64,000 bases of DNA, taken from Thermoanaerobaculia bacterium (GTDB lineage: Bacteria; Acidobacteriota; Thermoanaerobaculia; Multivoradales; UBA5704). The stretch spans positions 32,001-96,000 of the forward strand of contig JBGAGQ010000012.1 of assembly GCA_044226625.1 (NCBI GenBank), in the 5' to 3' direction. Within the stretch, counting starts at the first letter, position 1; every line of letters starts with the position of its first letter. Made by a program: the position numbers and the translations under genes. Below the pieces are notes generated by a model, which saw only the letters and a program-made list of their open reading frames with translations, had not been told where the DNA came from and searched no databases. Positions 1 through 9,536 of the stretch are shown piece by piece.

Positions 1-7
1 CCGCCGC

Positions 8-1069
8 TTGAGAGTCGCCGCCGTCGGCTCCGCGCTGCCGCCGCACTTCTACGATCAGGCGACCTTGCTCGCGGCGCTCGAGAAGCGCTGGCAAGACCGC
101 CTGTTCAACCTCGACCGGCTGAAGCGGCTGCACGAAAACGTCCTGGTCGGCGGCCGCTACCTGGCCCTACCGATCGACGAATACGACCGGCTCGAGACCT
201 GGGGCCAGGCGAACAGCGCCTGGATCCGTGTCGCCCAAGAGGTAGGGGATCGGGCGATCCGCCGGGCGCTCGACCGCGCGGGGCTCGCCGCGACCGACGT
301 TTCCGCCTTCTTCTTCACCACCGTCACGGGGGTCGCCACCCCGTCGATCGACGCGCGGTTGATCAACCGCCTGCGCATGTCGCCGCGGATCAAGCGCCTG
401 CCGATCTTCGGCCTCGGCTGCCTCGCGGGCGCCGCCGGGATCGCCCGCGCGGCGGACTACGTGCGCGCCTATCCGGACCAGGTGGCGCTGCTGCTCTCGG
501 TCGAGCTCTGCTCGCTCACGCTCCAAAGCGAGGACCTGTCGATCCCGAACCTGATCGCTTCGGGCTTGTTCGGCGACGGAGCGGCGGCCGTGCTGGTCGC
601 CGGAAGCGAGCGGACCGACTTTCCGGCCACGGCCGGCCCTGAGATCGTCGCGACCCGCTCGATCTTCTATCCCGATTCCGAGCGCGTGATGGGGTGGGAC
701 ATCTCGGAGACCGGCTTCAAGATCGTCCTCTCGGCCGACGTGCCGAAGGTGGTCGAAGAGCACATGAAGGAAGACGTTGACGCCTTCCTCGGCGACCACG
801 GCCTCAGCCGGGCCGACATCGCGAGCTGGGTCTGCCATCCGGGAGGCCCGAAAGTGCTCGGGGCGATGCAGCAGACTCTCGAGCTTCCCGACGGCGCCCT
901 CGACGTCACCTGGCGCAGCCTGCGCGAGGTGGGGAACCTCTCCTCGACCTCCGTCCTCCTGGTGCTCGAAGAGACGATGGCGAACCATCGCCCCGCCCCG
1001 GGATCCTGGGGCCTCCTCACCGCGATGGGCCCGGGGTTCTGTTCCGAGCTGGTGCTGCTGCGCTGGTGA
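8..1069 (+). CDS. Type III polyketide synthase (chalcone synthase-like, BpsA/SrsA type)
   Basis: Catalytic triad motifs GLGCLAG (Cys), HPGGPKVL (His) and GNLSSTS (Asn), plus LFGDGAAA and C-terminal MGPGF. The start is at the window edge and uncertain. Confidence 0.93.
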   Translation: MRVAAVGSALPPHFYDQATLLAALEKRWQDRLFNLDRLKRLHENVLVGGRYLALPIDEYDRLETWGQANSAWIRVAQEVGDRAIRRALDRAGLAATDVSAFFFTTVTGVATPSIDARLINRLRMSPRIKRLPIFGLGCLAGAAGIARAADYVRAYPDQVALLLSVELCSLTLQSEDLSIPNLIASGLFGDGAAAVLVAGSERTDFPATAGPEIVATRSIFYPDSERVMGWDISETGFKIVLSADVPKVVEEHMKEDVDAFLGDHGLSRADIASWVCHPGGPKVLGAMQQTLELPDGALDVTWRSLREVGNLSSTSVLLVLEETMANHRPAPGSWGLLTAMGPGFCSELVLLRW

Positions 1070-1139
1070 GTCGGTGAAAAACGGCGGGCAAGGGGCCGAA
1101 ACGCCTCGCCGGATCGATGTCCGCCCTTCGAAGTGGAGT

Positions 1140-1400
1140 GCCGAAATCGTTTTCGCGGGTGAGCGGACCCGTTTTTCGACGGCCGAATTCGCTTTTCCGG
1201 TCGCCAACGCCGATTCGCGACCGCCCAAGCGGTTTTCTCGCCGCCGCGACCCTTACGCTCCGCGGGAAAACCCGTTTTCCAAGTGCCGAAAACGGTCGCG
1301 CCAGTCCCGAAGCGTCTCGGCCGCCGCGAAAGTCGTTTTCGCGGTGAGCGAAGCGAATTCGGCCGCCACGAAATCGCTCCGCCCGATCAGAAAACCCCTC
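1140..1400. repeat. Degenerate ~21-bp periodic intergenic tract
   Basis: Recurrent GCxGAAAxCGxTTTxCG-like units, e.g. gccgaaatcgttttcgcg (1140), gccgaattcgcttttccg and gcgaaagtcgttttcgcg (1326). Confidence 0.4.
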
Positions 1401-1626
1401 GCTACACCGTAGGCCCGTGGGATCACATTGCGAGCCGGCGCCTCGGCGATCGCGCGACCCCCTGCTCCGGTCGCGATCCTCCTGTCCCCGGATAGTCCGG
1501 GGCGCGTTTCGAGGCGCCGGAGCGCTTCGCCACGAGGCTCAAGCCTCACGGCGTGCAGGGGATACTCGGACAGCTCAAGCGTGCCTCGAATTTCAAACCT
1601 GCGACCGTTATAGTGACTGACCGAGG

Positions 1627-2430
1627 ATGAGCAACCCCTATCTCGATCTGACCGACGAGTTCAATCAGGGGCGCCTGCGGGCTCTCCTTAGCTCGGGCCA
1701 AGCCGTGGTCGTGCACCGACTGGCGATCATGAGCAAGGACGGCGACTGGATCTTGCGCGAGGATGCCGAAGCGCTGCGGCACGTCCTCGAGGTGCTCTCT
1801 GCCAAGAGGGCACAATTGCGTTTCGGAGCGCCGCTCGACCTCCGCTGGTTGGCCGGCGGCTGGAGCTCACACCTGGAATTTCGGAGCGACGAGATTCGCA
1901 TGAGGACGGACTTCGTTACGCGACCTCCGCGGATCGGCGCGGCGAGTTTGGCGCGAATGTGGGCGGAGGCCGAAGCAAGAGGTGACGAGGTCGTTGGAGT
2001 GGAGCCGCTAGCCGCCCTCAAGCTGACCAATCGCGAGAAGGACTACGTGGTCATCGGAGAGCTCGCTCGTTTGATGACCGAGCCGCGAGCCCAACTCCGG
2101 TACTCCCGCAGTAGTCGTGACCTGATCGAGCTTGCCACCAAGCATCCGGAAGCGCTGGCCGAGGTCGAAGCCGAACGGCCGCTTCTCCGTCGGATCTCGG
2201 AAGGTCGAGAGGCTTTAGACGAGGCGCTCGACCAGGAAAGACGAACGCTCATTCGGGCGAACGAAGCGCGCCTCGACCGTTACCTCGCGGCCGCTCGAGC
2301 CTGGCGCGAGATCTGGCCGGACGTTCAGAGGGAGATCGAGGACCGACCTCTCGCCGAAGCCAACGCCTTCATGGCGTCGCGGGCCGAAGGGATCCTTCCC
2401 TTCGAACCTGCGTCCGGGGAAGATCTGTGA
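1627..2430 (+). CDS. Hypothetical protein, putative Pol-beta-superfamily nucleotidyltransferase-like
   Basis: N-terminal SGQAVVVH...SKDGD resembles the GGxA...TxDxD NTase motif. The later KLTNREKD resembles the K...RxKD motif. RBS GAGG is upstream. Confidence 0.55.
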   Translation: MSNPYLDLTDEFNQGRLRALLSSGQAVVVHRLAIMSKDGDWILREDAEALRHVLEVLSAKRAQLRFGAPLDLRWLAGGWSSHLEFRSDEIRMRTDFVTRPPRIGAASLARMWAEAEARGDEVVGVEPLAALKLTNREKDYVVIGELARLMTEPRAQLRYSRSSRDLIELATKHPEALAEVEAERPLLRRISEGREALDEALDQERRTLIRANEARLDRYLAAARAWREIWPDVQREIEDRPLAEANAFMASRAEGILPFEPASGEDL

Positions 2431-2642
2431 CCGGCATGCGCGACGAGTTCTTGAGCGAAGAAGACCTCGACCTTCGGAATCTCTCGGAGACCGAGCTGAT
2501 CGCCGTTTGGAACCTTTGGTTGCGACAGGCGCAGGCGACGAACGATCTCGACGCGGCGCTCTATTCGCATGGAGTCTTCGACTTCGATCCGGCGCCTCAT
2601 CCCACATCGCGGCTGGGAGGCCGGGAGCTGCGTAAAGACTGA
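2427..2642 (+). CDS. Small acidic hypothetical protein coupled to the NTase-like gene
   Basis: GTGA overlap with the upstream stop. Protein-like sequence (LDLRNLSETELIAVWNLWLRQAQATND). Confidence 0.6.
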   Translation: MTGMRDEFLSEEDLDLRNLSETELIAVWNLWLRQAQATNDLDAALYSHGVFDFDPAPHPTSRLGGRELRKD

Positions 2643-2694
2643 CTCGCCGCCGCCCGGTGCGCTCAAACGGGCGCGCGAGACCTCACGCCGCTGG

Positions 2695-5600
2695 TTAAGG
2701 CCGATCCCTGGGCGTAGCCAGGATCCTTTCGAGGATGGCGAGATCGAGCGGCTTGACCAGATGGTGGTCGATGCCGGCTTCTTCGGAGCGCCTACGATCG
2801 TCCCGCTGGCCCCAGCCGGTGAGGGCGATCACGCGGACCGCGTCGTTCGACGAGCGTTGGCGGATCCGGCGGGCGACCTCGTAGCCGTCCATGCCGGGCA
2901 GGCCGATGTCGAGCAGCACGACGCTCGGCGCGTAGGTTTCGAGCGCATCGAGCGCCTCCGCCCCGTCCCGGGCGGTGCGGACGTCGGCGCCGAGGAACCG
3001 GAGGAGCATGCCGAGGCTTTCGGCCGCGTCGTGGTTGTCGTCGACCACCAGGATGCGATGCTGGGCTACCGCGCTCGGCGGCAAGGCGGGCGGCGGATCG
3101 GACTGCAGCGATCCCGCCGGGCCCGCCGCGAGCGGCAGCCGCACCACGAACTCGCTTCCCTGCCCGAGGCCGTCGCTCTTCGCCTCGACCCGGCCGCCGT
3201 GCAAGTCGACCAGGCTGCGGACGAGGGTCAGGCCGATCCCTAGGCCTCCCTGGGATCGCCCGTAGCTGCGTTCCCCCTGGGCGAACAGGTCGAACACCGA
3301 AGGCAGCATGTCGCCGTCGATGCCCGTCCCGTCATCCCGGACCGACACCACGGCGAACGCGCCTTCGCGTTGCGCGGTGAGCCAGATCCGGCCCCCGTCC
3401 TCGGTGTATTTCGCGGCGTTGTTCAGCAGATTGGCCAGCACCTGGGCCAGCCGCACGGGGTCGGCTTCCAGGAGCATCGTCTCGGGCGCCAGGTCCAGGG
3501 TAAGCCGATGCCCGGAGGCGTCGATCAGCGGCCGGCTCGTCTCGACGGCGCTGCGGACGACGTCGGCGAGGTCGACCCGCTCCCTCTTGAGCTCGACCTT
3601 GCCGCGGGTGATCCGCGAGACTTCCATCAGGTCGTCCACCAGGCGGATCAGGTGGTCGACCTGCCGTTCCATGACGGCGTGGACCTGCTCGGCGACCTCG
3701 CCGTCGCCTCGCGCCAGGCGCAGCGTTTCGAGTCCGGTGCGGATCGGGGCGAGCGGGTTGCGCAGCTCGTGGGCCAGCGTCGCGAGGAACTCGTCCTTGC
3801 GCCGATCCGCCTCGCGCAAGCCGTCGGTGATCCGGGCTTCATGATCCCGGCGCAGCCGCGCCATCTCGAGGCGGGCGCCCACCCGTGCGAGCAGCTCGCG
3901 CGCGGAAAACGGCTTGACCAGGTAATCGTCGGCCCCCGCCTGCATCCCCTCCACATGCGCCTCCTCGCCGGCGCGGGCGGAGAGCAGGATCACCGGGAGC
4001 GTGCGCGTCCGTTCGTCGGACCGGAGCGCGCGCAGCAGTCCGAAGCCGTCCAAGCCCGGCATCATCACGTCCGCGAGGACGAGCTCGGGGAGCCGGCGCT
4101 CGACGGCGGCGAGCGCCGCCTCGCCGTCTGACACGACCTCCACGTCGTAGAGCGAGCCCAGCAGTCGACCGACATAGGCGCGCATGTCGGCGTTGTCGTC
4201 GGCCCAGACGATGCGCGGCCGCTCCGCGGATCCCGGCCGGGCGACGGTCGTCGGCGCGTCGACGATGCCCGCGGGCCACCGCTCGGGGATCTCGGTTTCG
4301 CGCGGCAGCCAGCTCAAGGTCTCTTCGAGGAAGGAGTCGGCCGCCGAGACCGAGGCCGCCGAGGCCCCGGAGACCACCGATCCGCCGCCGCTCGCGATCC
4401 GGTCCACCGGGAGGTGGGCGATCCCCTTGGGCAGCACGACCGAGAACGTGCTTCCTACGCCGACCGCGCTTCGAACCGAGACGCCACCGCCGTGCAGCCG
4501 AACCAGCTCGCGGACCATCGCCAAGCCGATCCCGGTTCCCTCGTGGGTGCGGGCCCGCACCCCCTCGATGCGATGGAAGCGGTCGAAGACGTGCGGCAGG
4601 TGGCTCTCGGCGATCCCCGTGCCCGTGTCGCGCACCGATAGCTCGACGCCGGCCCCGGCGTCCCGCAACCGGACCTCGATCTCCCCTTCGAGGGTGAACT
4701 TGAAGGCGTTGGAGACGAGGTTCAGCACGATCTTCTCGTACATGTCCCGGTCGACGTAGACCGGTTCGTCGAGAGGCGGGCAATCGACGATCAGGCGCAT
4801 CCCCGCCCTCTCCACGGCCGAGCGAAAGACGCTCGCGAGCTCCACCGTGAGCTCCGCCAGATCGGTCGGCACGTAGGTCGCCTGGATGCGGCCGGCCTCG
4901 ATGCGCGCAAAATCGAGCAGCGAGTTGACGAGCTTCTGCAGACGACGGACATTGCGGTGGAGCATCTCCACCCGTTCGCGCGGCCACACGGAATCGGCCT
5001 CGCCGAGCAGCGCGTCTTCGAGCGGGCCCAGGATCAGCGTCAACGGGGTGCGGAGCTCGTGGCTCACGTTCGAGAAAAAGACGGTCTTCGCCCGGTCGAT
5101 CTCGGCCAGCGCGTCGGCCCGCCGGCGCTCCGCCTCGTAGGCGCGAGCGTTGGCGATCGAGGTGGCGATCTGTCCCGCGAGCAGCTCATAGAAGCCGAGG
5201 TAGGGCTCGTCGAACTTCAGCCGGGCGCTCACGCCCGCGACCATGACCCCGGCCAGCCGGTGGGCGAGGTTCGACCGGATAGGCACCATCACGGCGTACT
5301 GCGGAGGGTCGGACCAGGGACCGGCGGGAACGTTGCCGCCGAAACGTCCGGCCAGGTCGCCGACGACGGACACCGCGGCCGTGCGTACCGCGTCGGCGAA
5401 CGGCCAGGGACCCTCCAAGGCGCCGAGCTCGACGCGCCCGGGGCAGCCCTCGGTCTCGGCCTCACAGCCGAAAAACCCGGCCAGCGCGGCCGCCTCGCCG
5501 TTCTCGTCGATCCGCTCGTCGATCAGATAGAGGAGGGCGAACGGGACGTCCTTGTCGTAGGCGGCCAGGGTCTCCGCGGCGATCCGGCACGCCTCCTCCG

Positions 5601-6159
5601 CGGTCCTGGCCTGTCCCGCGCGCGCGCCGAGATCGCGCAACGCCCTCACCCGGCGCTCTCCGACGACCTTCTCGGTGATCTCGTGCACCGCGGCGAGGAC
5701 GCCGCCGATGCCGTTCGGGGCGCTCTCGTCCGGCACCGCGCTGTAGGCGATGGCGAAGTGGGTCTCCTCGACGAAGCCGTAGCGGTTGATCTCGAAGAAG
5801 ATGTCCTCGTCCCAGGTCGCCGGTCCGCCGCGGAACGGAGTATCGATCAGCGGTTCGAGGAGATCCCAGATCTCGCTCCAGCACTCCCGGACCGGGCGCC
5901 CCAACGCCCACGGATGTTTCGTGCCGAGAATCGGCCGGTACGAGTCGTTGTAGAGCGACACGTACTCCGGTCCCCACCAGAGCAGCATCGGGAAGCGGTT
6001 CGCCAGGAGGATGCGGACCATCATCCGCAGGGCCGGCGACCACGATTCGGTGGGTCCGAGCGGCGTCCGCGACCAGTCGAAGGTCCGGATGCGCTCCTCC
6101 ATCTCCGGACCGGCGGCCGAGCCGCCGGTCGGGGGATCCGTAGCGTCGGTCGAGTTCAT
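2695..6159 (-). CDS. Hybrid sensor histidine kinase/response regulator (PAS/GAF-HisKA-HATPase-REC-HisKA-HATPase-REC)
   Basis: Two H-boxes (SHELRTPL, AHELRNPL), two N/G boxes (NAFKFT...GTGIGL; NAAKYT...GLGIGL) and two receiver domains (DVMMPGLDG, DIGLPGMDG). Confidence 0.95.
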   Translation of the reverse strand: MNSTDATDPPTGGSAAGPEMEERIRTFDWSRTPLGPTESWSPALRMMVRILLANRFPMLLWWGPEYVSLYNDSYRPILGTKHPWALGRPVRECWSEIWDLLEPLIDTPFRGGPATWDEDIFFEINRYGFVEETHFAIAYSAVPDESAPNGIGGVLAAVHEITEKVVGERRVRALRDLGARAGQARTAEEACRIAAETLAAYDKDVPFALLYLIDERIDENGEAAALAGFFGCEAETEGCPGRVELGALEGPWPFADAVRTAAVSVVGDLAGRFGGNVPAGPWSDPPQYAVMVPIRSNLAHRLAGVMVAGVSARLKFDEPYLGFYELLAGQIATSIANARAYEAERRRADALAEIDRAKTVFFSNVSHELRTPLTLILGPLEDALLGEADSVWPRERVEMLHRNVRRLQKLVNSLLDFARIEAGRIQATYVPTDLAELTVELASVFRSAVERAGMRLIVDCPPLDEPVYVDRDMYEKIVLNLVSNAFKFTLEGEIEVRLRDAGAGVELSVRDTGTGIAESHLPHVFDRFHRIEGVRARTHEGTGIGLAMVRELVRLHGGGVSVRSAVGVGSTFSVVLPKGIAHLPVDRIASGGGSVVSGASAASVSAADSFLEETLSWLPRETEIPERWPAGIVDAPTTVARPGSAERPRIVWADDNADMRAYVGRLLGSLYDVEVVSDGEAALAAVERRLPELVLADVMMPGLDGFGLLRALRSDERTRTLPVILLSARAGEEAHVEGMQAGADDYLVKPFSARELLARVGARLEMARLRRDHEARITDGLREADRRKDEFLATLAHELRNPLAPIRTGLETLRLARGDGEVAEQVHAVMERQVDHLIRLVDDLMEVSRITRGKVELKRERVDLADVVRSAVETSRPLIDASGHRLTLDLAPETMLLEADPVRLAQVLANLLNNAAKYTEDGGRIWLTAQREGAFAVVSVRDDGTGIDGDMLPSVFDLFAQGERSYGRSQGGLGIGLTLVRSLVDLHGGRVEAKSDGLGQGSEFVVRLPLAAGPAGSLQSDPPPALPPSAVAQHRILVVDDNHDAAESLGMLLRFLGADVRTARDGAEALDALETYAPSVVLLDIGLPGMDGYEVARRIRQRSSNDAVRVIALTGWGQRDDRRRSEEAGIDHHLVKPLDLAILERILATPRDRP

Positions 6160-6211
6160 GGGGTTCGAGGGCGATTGCGTTCAGCCGGGGCCGAGCGTCA
6201 CGCCACTCGCT

Positions 6212-7924
6212 TCACGAGATCGGCCGGATGTCCGTCGGCACATCGGAGAGACGGCCGATCGCGGCGCGCAGCTCCGGGCTCGCCTTGCCGTACTTGTCGA
6301 GGAACGCCTTCGTCCCCTCATAGTCGCCCTCTCCCTGGAGGATGAGCAGATCGTGCAGCAGGTCGCGGATCGCGCCGGGGAACTTGTCCGAAACGGCGCG
6401 GAAGCGGCCGGCGGCGTCGACCTCGAGCGCGCCTTTCTCCTCGAGGTAGTTGAACTGGGCGACGACCCCCTGACCGTGCGCGTCGTCGACGCCGAAGCGG
6501 GCGGCGCGGAACAGGCCCGCGACGTAGGTCGGTTCGAGCGCCGTGCGGAGCGCGGCGGGCATCTCTCCCTGCTCGATCAGGGCGAGGATGTCGTAGACGC
6601 CCATCACGTCCGCCTTCGCCTCTTCGACCGTGGAGAAAAGCTCCTTGAGCTCGAGGCGGACCTCCGTCTTCTGGCCGTTCTTGGTGATCGTGCCCGGGCC
6701 GAGGCCGTGCGAGAGCTCGTGGTGGAGCACCTCGTTCAGATAGGCGTCGAACGTGACGAGCGGCACCTGCGCCGGATCGAGCACGCGCTGCGCGATCGGC
6801 GTGAGGATCCGGTCGTACTTGGCGCGCATGAGGTTGCGCAGCAGCACCTTCTTCGAGCCCTTCGCCTCGCGCACCCGCTCGTCGTTGGGGAGGTTGAACG
6901 CGATCGCCGGCACGCCGGCCCGGGCGTCGCCCGCGACGCTCGCCACGTCCACCACGCGGATGGGGCTCTCCGTGCCGCGCTCGAAGTTCTTCATCGCGTC
7001 GGGGATCGGCAGATTGCGCTCGAGCCAGGGGAGCCGCTCCTTGAAGCGGGCGAGCGCCGCGGCCTCCGCCGGCAGGTTCACCGTCACGTACGACTCGAAA
7101 GAAGCCTTGTACCCGAACAGGTCGTCCTCGTAGGTCTCATAGGGACCGATCGTCACCTCGACCGGCGCATCGAGGTCCATCCAGTCGACGTCGCTCTGGA
7201 AATAGTCATCGGAGAGGAAAGCCGCCGCGCGCGAGCGGAGGAACTTCGAGAGCGTGGCGTTCTCGGTGAGGTCGGCCGCCTCGTTGAGGATCCGGGCCGC
7301 CGGCTCCAGCCACTCTCGGTACTCCTTGGAGTACGGGATCGCGACCAGGCGGTCACCCTGGCGCCGGATCACCGTGACGCCCGAGGTGAAGGCCTCTCGG
7401 TCCTCCGGATGCGCGGCGAGCCAGCGCTCGAGCTCCTCCTTCGTGAGGTCCTCGGGATAGAACCCGGCTCCCTTCGGATGGACCGAGTCGCCGAGGAACG
7501 CCTTACGCTCGTCGAGCCGGTCCCACGGTCCGAAGTTCACGGTGAAGAAGTCGCGGGCGGTCTGGGCTTTCGGGCCCTTCCAGCCGGCCATCTCGTCGCG
7601 CAGCGCCGGGCCGCCGGCCCACGCCTGGCGCAGGTAGATCTCGTCGATCAGGCGGGAGACCTCGCCGAGCTTTTCGAGCGCCTTGCGGTCGCGCTCGGAC
7701 AGGGCCGAGAGATCGGGGGTGAGCCGGACGGGGGAGTACTTCGCCAGCCGCTGGTCGATGTCGGGGATCACGCTTGCCTCCGAAAACCGTCCGGGAGCCG
7801 CCGCGCTCCGGGGCGCGGGCGCCGAAGCGCAGGCCGAGAGGAGGGCGACCGCCATGGCCCCCGAAAGAACGACGGCGGGAAAGGCCGCGAGCGGCCGGAA
7901 GTTCGAGGTCGTCGGTGCGTTCAT
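6212..7924 (-). CDS. Peptidase M49 family (dipeptidyl-peptidase III-like) lipoprotein
   Basis: HELSHGLG zinc motif, EEAKAD, NLPNDERVR and lipobox LSAC. Start placed at the ATG with a GAAGGAG RBS. Confidence 0.85.
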   Translation of the reverse strand: MNAPTTSNFRPLAAFPAVVLSGAMAVALLSACASAPAPRSAAAPGRFSEASVIPDIDQRLAKYSPVRLTPDLSALSERDRKALEKLGEVSRLIDEIYLRQAWAGGPALRDEMAGWKGPKAQTARDFFTVNFGPWDRLDERKAFLGDSVHPKGAGFYPEDLTKEELERWLAAHPEDREAFTSGVTVIRRQGDRLVAIPYSKEYREWLEPAARILNEAADLTENATLSKFLRSRAAAFLSDDYFQSDVDWMDLDAPVEVTIGPYETYEDDLFGYKASFESYVTVNLPAEAAALARFKERLPWLERNLPIPDAMKNFERGTESPIRVVDVASVAGDARAGVPAIAFNLPNDERVREAKGSKKVLLRNLMRAKYDRILTPIAQRVLDPAQVPLVTFDAYLNEVLHHELSHGLGPGTITKNGQKTEVRLELKELFSTVEEAKADVMGVYDILALIEQGEMPAALRTALEPTYVAGLFRAARFGVDDAHGQGVVAQFNYLEEKGALEVDAAGRFRAVSDKFPGAIRDLLHDLLILQGEGDYEGTKAFLDKYGKASPELRAAIGRLSDVPTDIRPIS

Positions 7925-8209
7925 CGGAATCTCCTTCCCCTGCCGGGGTTGGAGCAAAGGATCTCACACCGCGCGGGCCCGGAGGCTCCCGGCCGCAGGA
8001 GAGCCTCGAGGAGCCGGCGAAGGTAGCGAAAATCTTTGCGCGAATCGAGCTGCTCGACTACCGGATGCCCAAGGGAAGCTCTTTCGCGCTTCCTTCGCAC
8101 CTTGTCATCGCGGATTGGGGGGGCTTAAGGCTCTTGAAAGCTAGAATCCGCGCAGAAGCTTGTCCCCGGGTCACCTTCGGCCCGGACCCCCTTCAAGGAG
8201 GAGCGCATC

Positions 8210-8410
8210 GTGCAGAGGAAGAATAAGAAGCTCAATCTCGGCCGAGAGACTCTCATCGCATTGGACTTGCATCAGATCGCGGGGGGGTTCGGCTCGGGCA
8301 CGGTCAACTGCACCACCTTGATCTCGACGGTTTGCACCAACACGTGCCCGAGTGATTGCCCGACGTGTTTCTCTGATGTGCCGGACTGGACCTGTTTTCC
8401 CCGAGGCTGA
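8210..8410 (+). CDS. Putative RiPP (lanthipeptide-like) precursor 1
   Basis: Leader KKLNLGRETLIAL, GG cleavage motif (IAGG), and a core rich in Cys/Thr/Ser with 6 Cys. Strong RBS AAGGAGG, with a TAGAAT -10-like box upstream. Confidence 0.8.
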   Translation: MQRKNKKLNLGRETLIALDLHQIAGGFGSGTVNCTTLISTVCTNTCPSDCPTCFSDVPDWTCFPRG

Positions 8411-8473
8411 GCCCGTCTTCGGCCCGGCTCCGAGAACCGCTCGAGCCCCTCGAAGCCGGCTACCGGGTCGAGC

Positions 8474-9133
8474 TCAAACTCCCGGCCGAATCCAGGCGCG
8501 GGCGGCGAGCGCCAGGAACTCCCGCCCTTCGAGCAGCCGGGCTCGGTCGTCGCCGAGGTCCTCGAAGAGGAGGGCGATCGACAGCTCGTGGCCGGACTCC
8601 TCGAGCAGCGACTGCAGCGTGGGGGAAAGGTCGTCCGGGCCGTAGATCCAGGTCTCGACCGAGGCGATGTGAGGGGCGGTCACCGCCTCTCCGGCGACCC
8701 GGCGCGGCTCCAGGCGCTGGACCTCGCGTTGACTGTAGCGCAGCGCAGGGGGTGCCCCGAGGAGGACCAGCGCCTGGCCGCGCGGTGTGAGCGAGCCGCG
8801 GCGGTCTCCTCCCGCGTAGAGGTTGTCGGCCGCCGCCACCCGGTCGTTGAAGGTGATCAGGGCCGGGTTGCCGGGAACCGCGGGGTCGGGATCGCGGCGC
8901 TGCCAGAAGCGATCGATCGCCGCGAGCACCGCCCGGTCGTCGCGCAGGCGCCGGATCTCTCCGGCCTCGTCCGGGAGGAGGAGCCAGCGCGCCGGCCCCT
9001 CGGCCCAGGCGCGCGCGGCGCCGGCCGGGCTTCCGGCCGAGGCGCAGGCGAACAGGCCCACGAGCAGCAGGACCGCGTAGCCGCGTTTCGGCGCGATCGC
9101 CGCCACCGCAGAAAGGACGAGCGAGGCGTCCAT
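8474..9133 (-). CDS. GWxTD domain-containing protein
   Basis: FWQRRDPDP...N, RVAAADNLY, degenerate GSLTPRG..LVLLGAP and ETWIY. Has a signal peptide. Confidence 0.8.
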   Translation of the reverse strand: MDASLVLSAVAAIAPKRGYAVLLLVGLFACASAGSPAGAARAWAEGPARWLLLPDEAGEIRRLRDDRAVLAAIDRFWQRRDPDPAVPGNPALITFNDRVAAADNLYAGGDRRGSLTPRGQALVLLGAPPALRYSQREVQRLEPRRVAGEAVTAPHIASVETWIYGPDDLSPTLQSLLEESGHELSIALLFEDLGDDRARLLEGREFLALAARAWIRPGV

Positions 9134-9137
9134 GGCC

Positions 9138-9419
9138 TCAGTGGACGTTGTCGTCCCCCTCCGGGCCGGGTGCCTCGGGGATCGGTCCGAAGGTCTGCTC
9201 GTAGCGTTCGAGGTTGGTCGCGAGCGCCCGGACGATGCGCTTGAGATGCCCCGGGCTGGTGATCACGCGGGCGGCGACGATCCCCTGCGGCGGCACCAGA
9301 TTGACGAAATCGAGGATGAACTCCTCTTGGGTGTGGAGGATGCGCAGCAGGTTCGAGTAGCGCCCCTTGAGCTCGTCGTCCTCGATCTTGATGTTGAGCG
9401 CTTCGTCGGTGGGCGGCAC
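9138..9419 (-). CDS. DUF3467 family protein
   Basis: YSN...HTQEEFILDF...ARVITSPGHLKR...YEQTFGPI pattern. Confidence 0.85.
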   Translation of the reverse strand: MPPTDEALNIKIEDDELKGRYSNLLRILHTQEEFILDFVNLVPPQGIVAARVITSPGHLKRIVRALATNLERYEQTFGPIPEAPGPEGDDNVH

Positions 9420-9536
9420 GGTTTCCTAGCCTCCTTAGAAGAGTGGGCGCGCGGCGGGCTGCTCCGCCGCGGCGCAGGGGCGGAGCCTGCCGGCCGAAAC
9501 CGGGCATCGCCGCAACCTCCGCTCGAGCTCTTTCGA

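Noticed and set aside
8-1069. Complete alkylresorcinol/alkylpyrone gene cluster
   Set aside because: No partner methyltransferase lies downstream, and the upstream context is outside the window.
6011-8026. Long antisense/alternate-frame ORFs (e.g. 6011-8026+, 9132-10979+, 12155-14605+, 56986-59502+, 59603-61711-, 61677-63965-)
   Set aside because: Shadow ORFs typical of high-GC DNA that overlap genes with clear family motifs.
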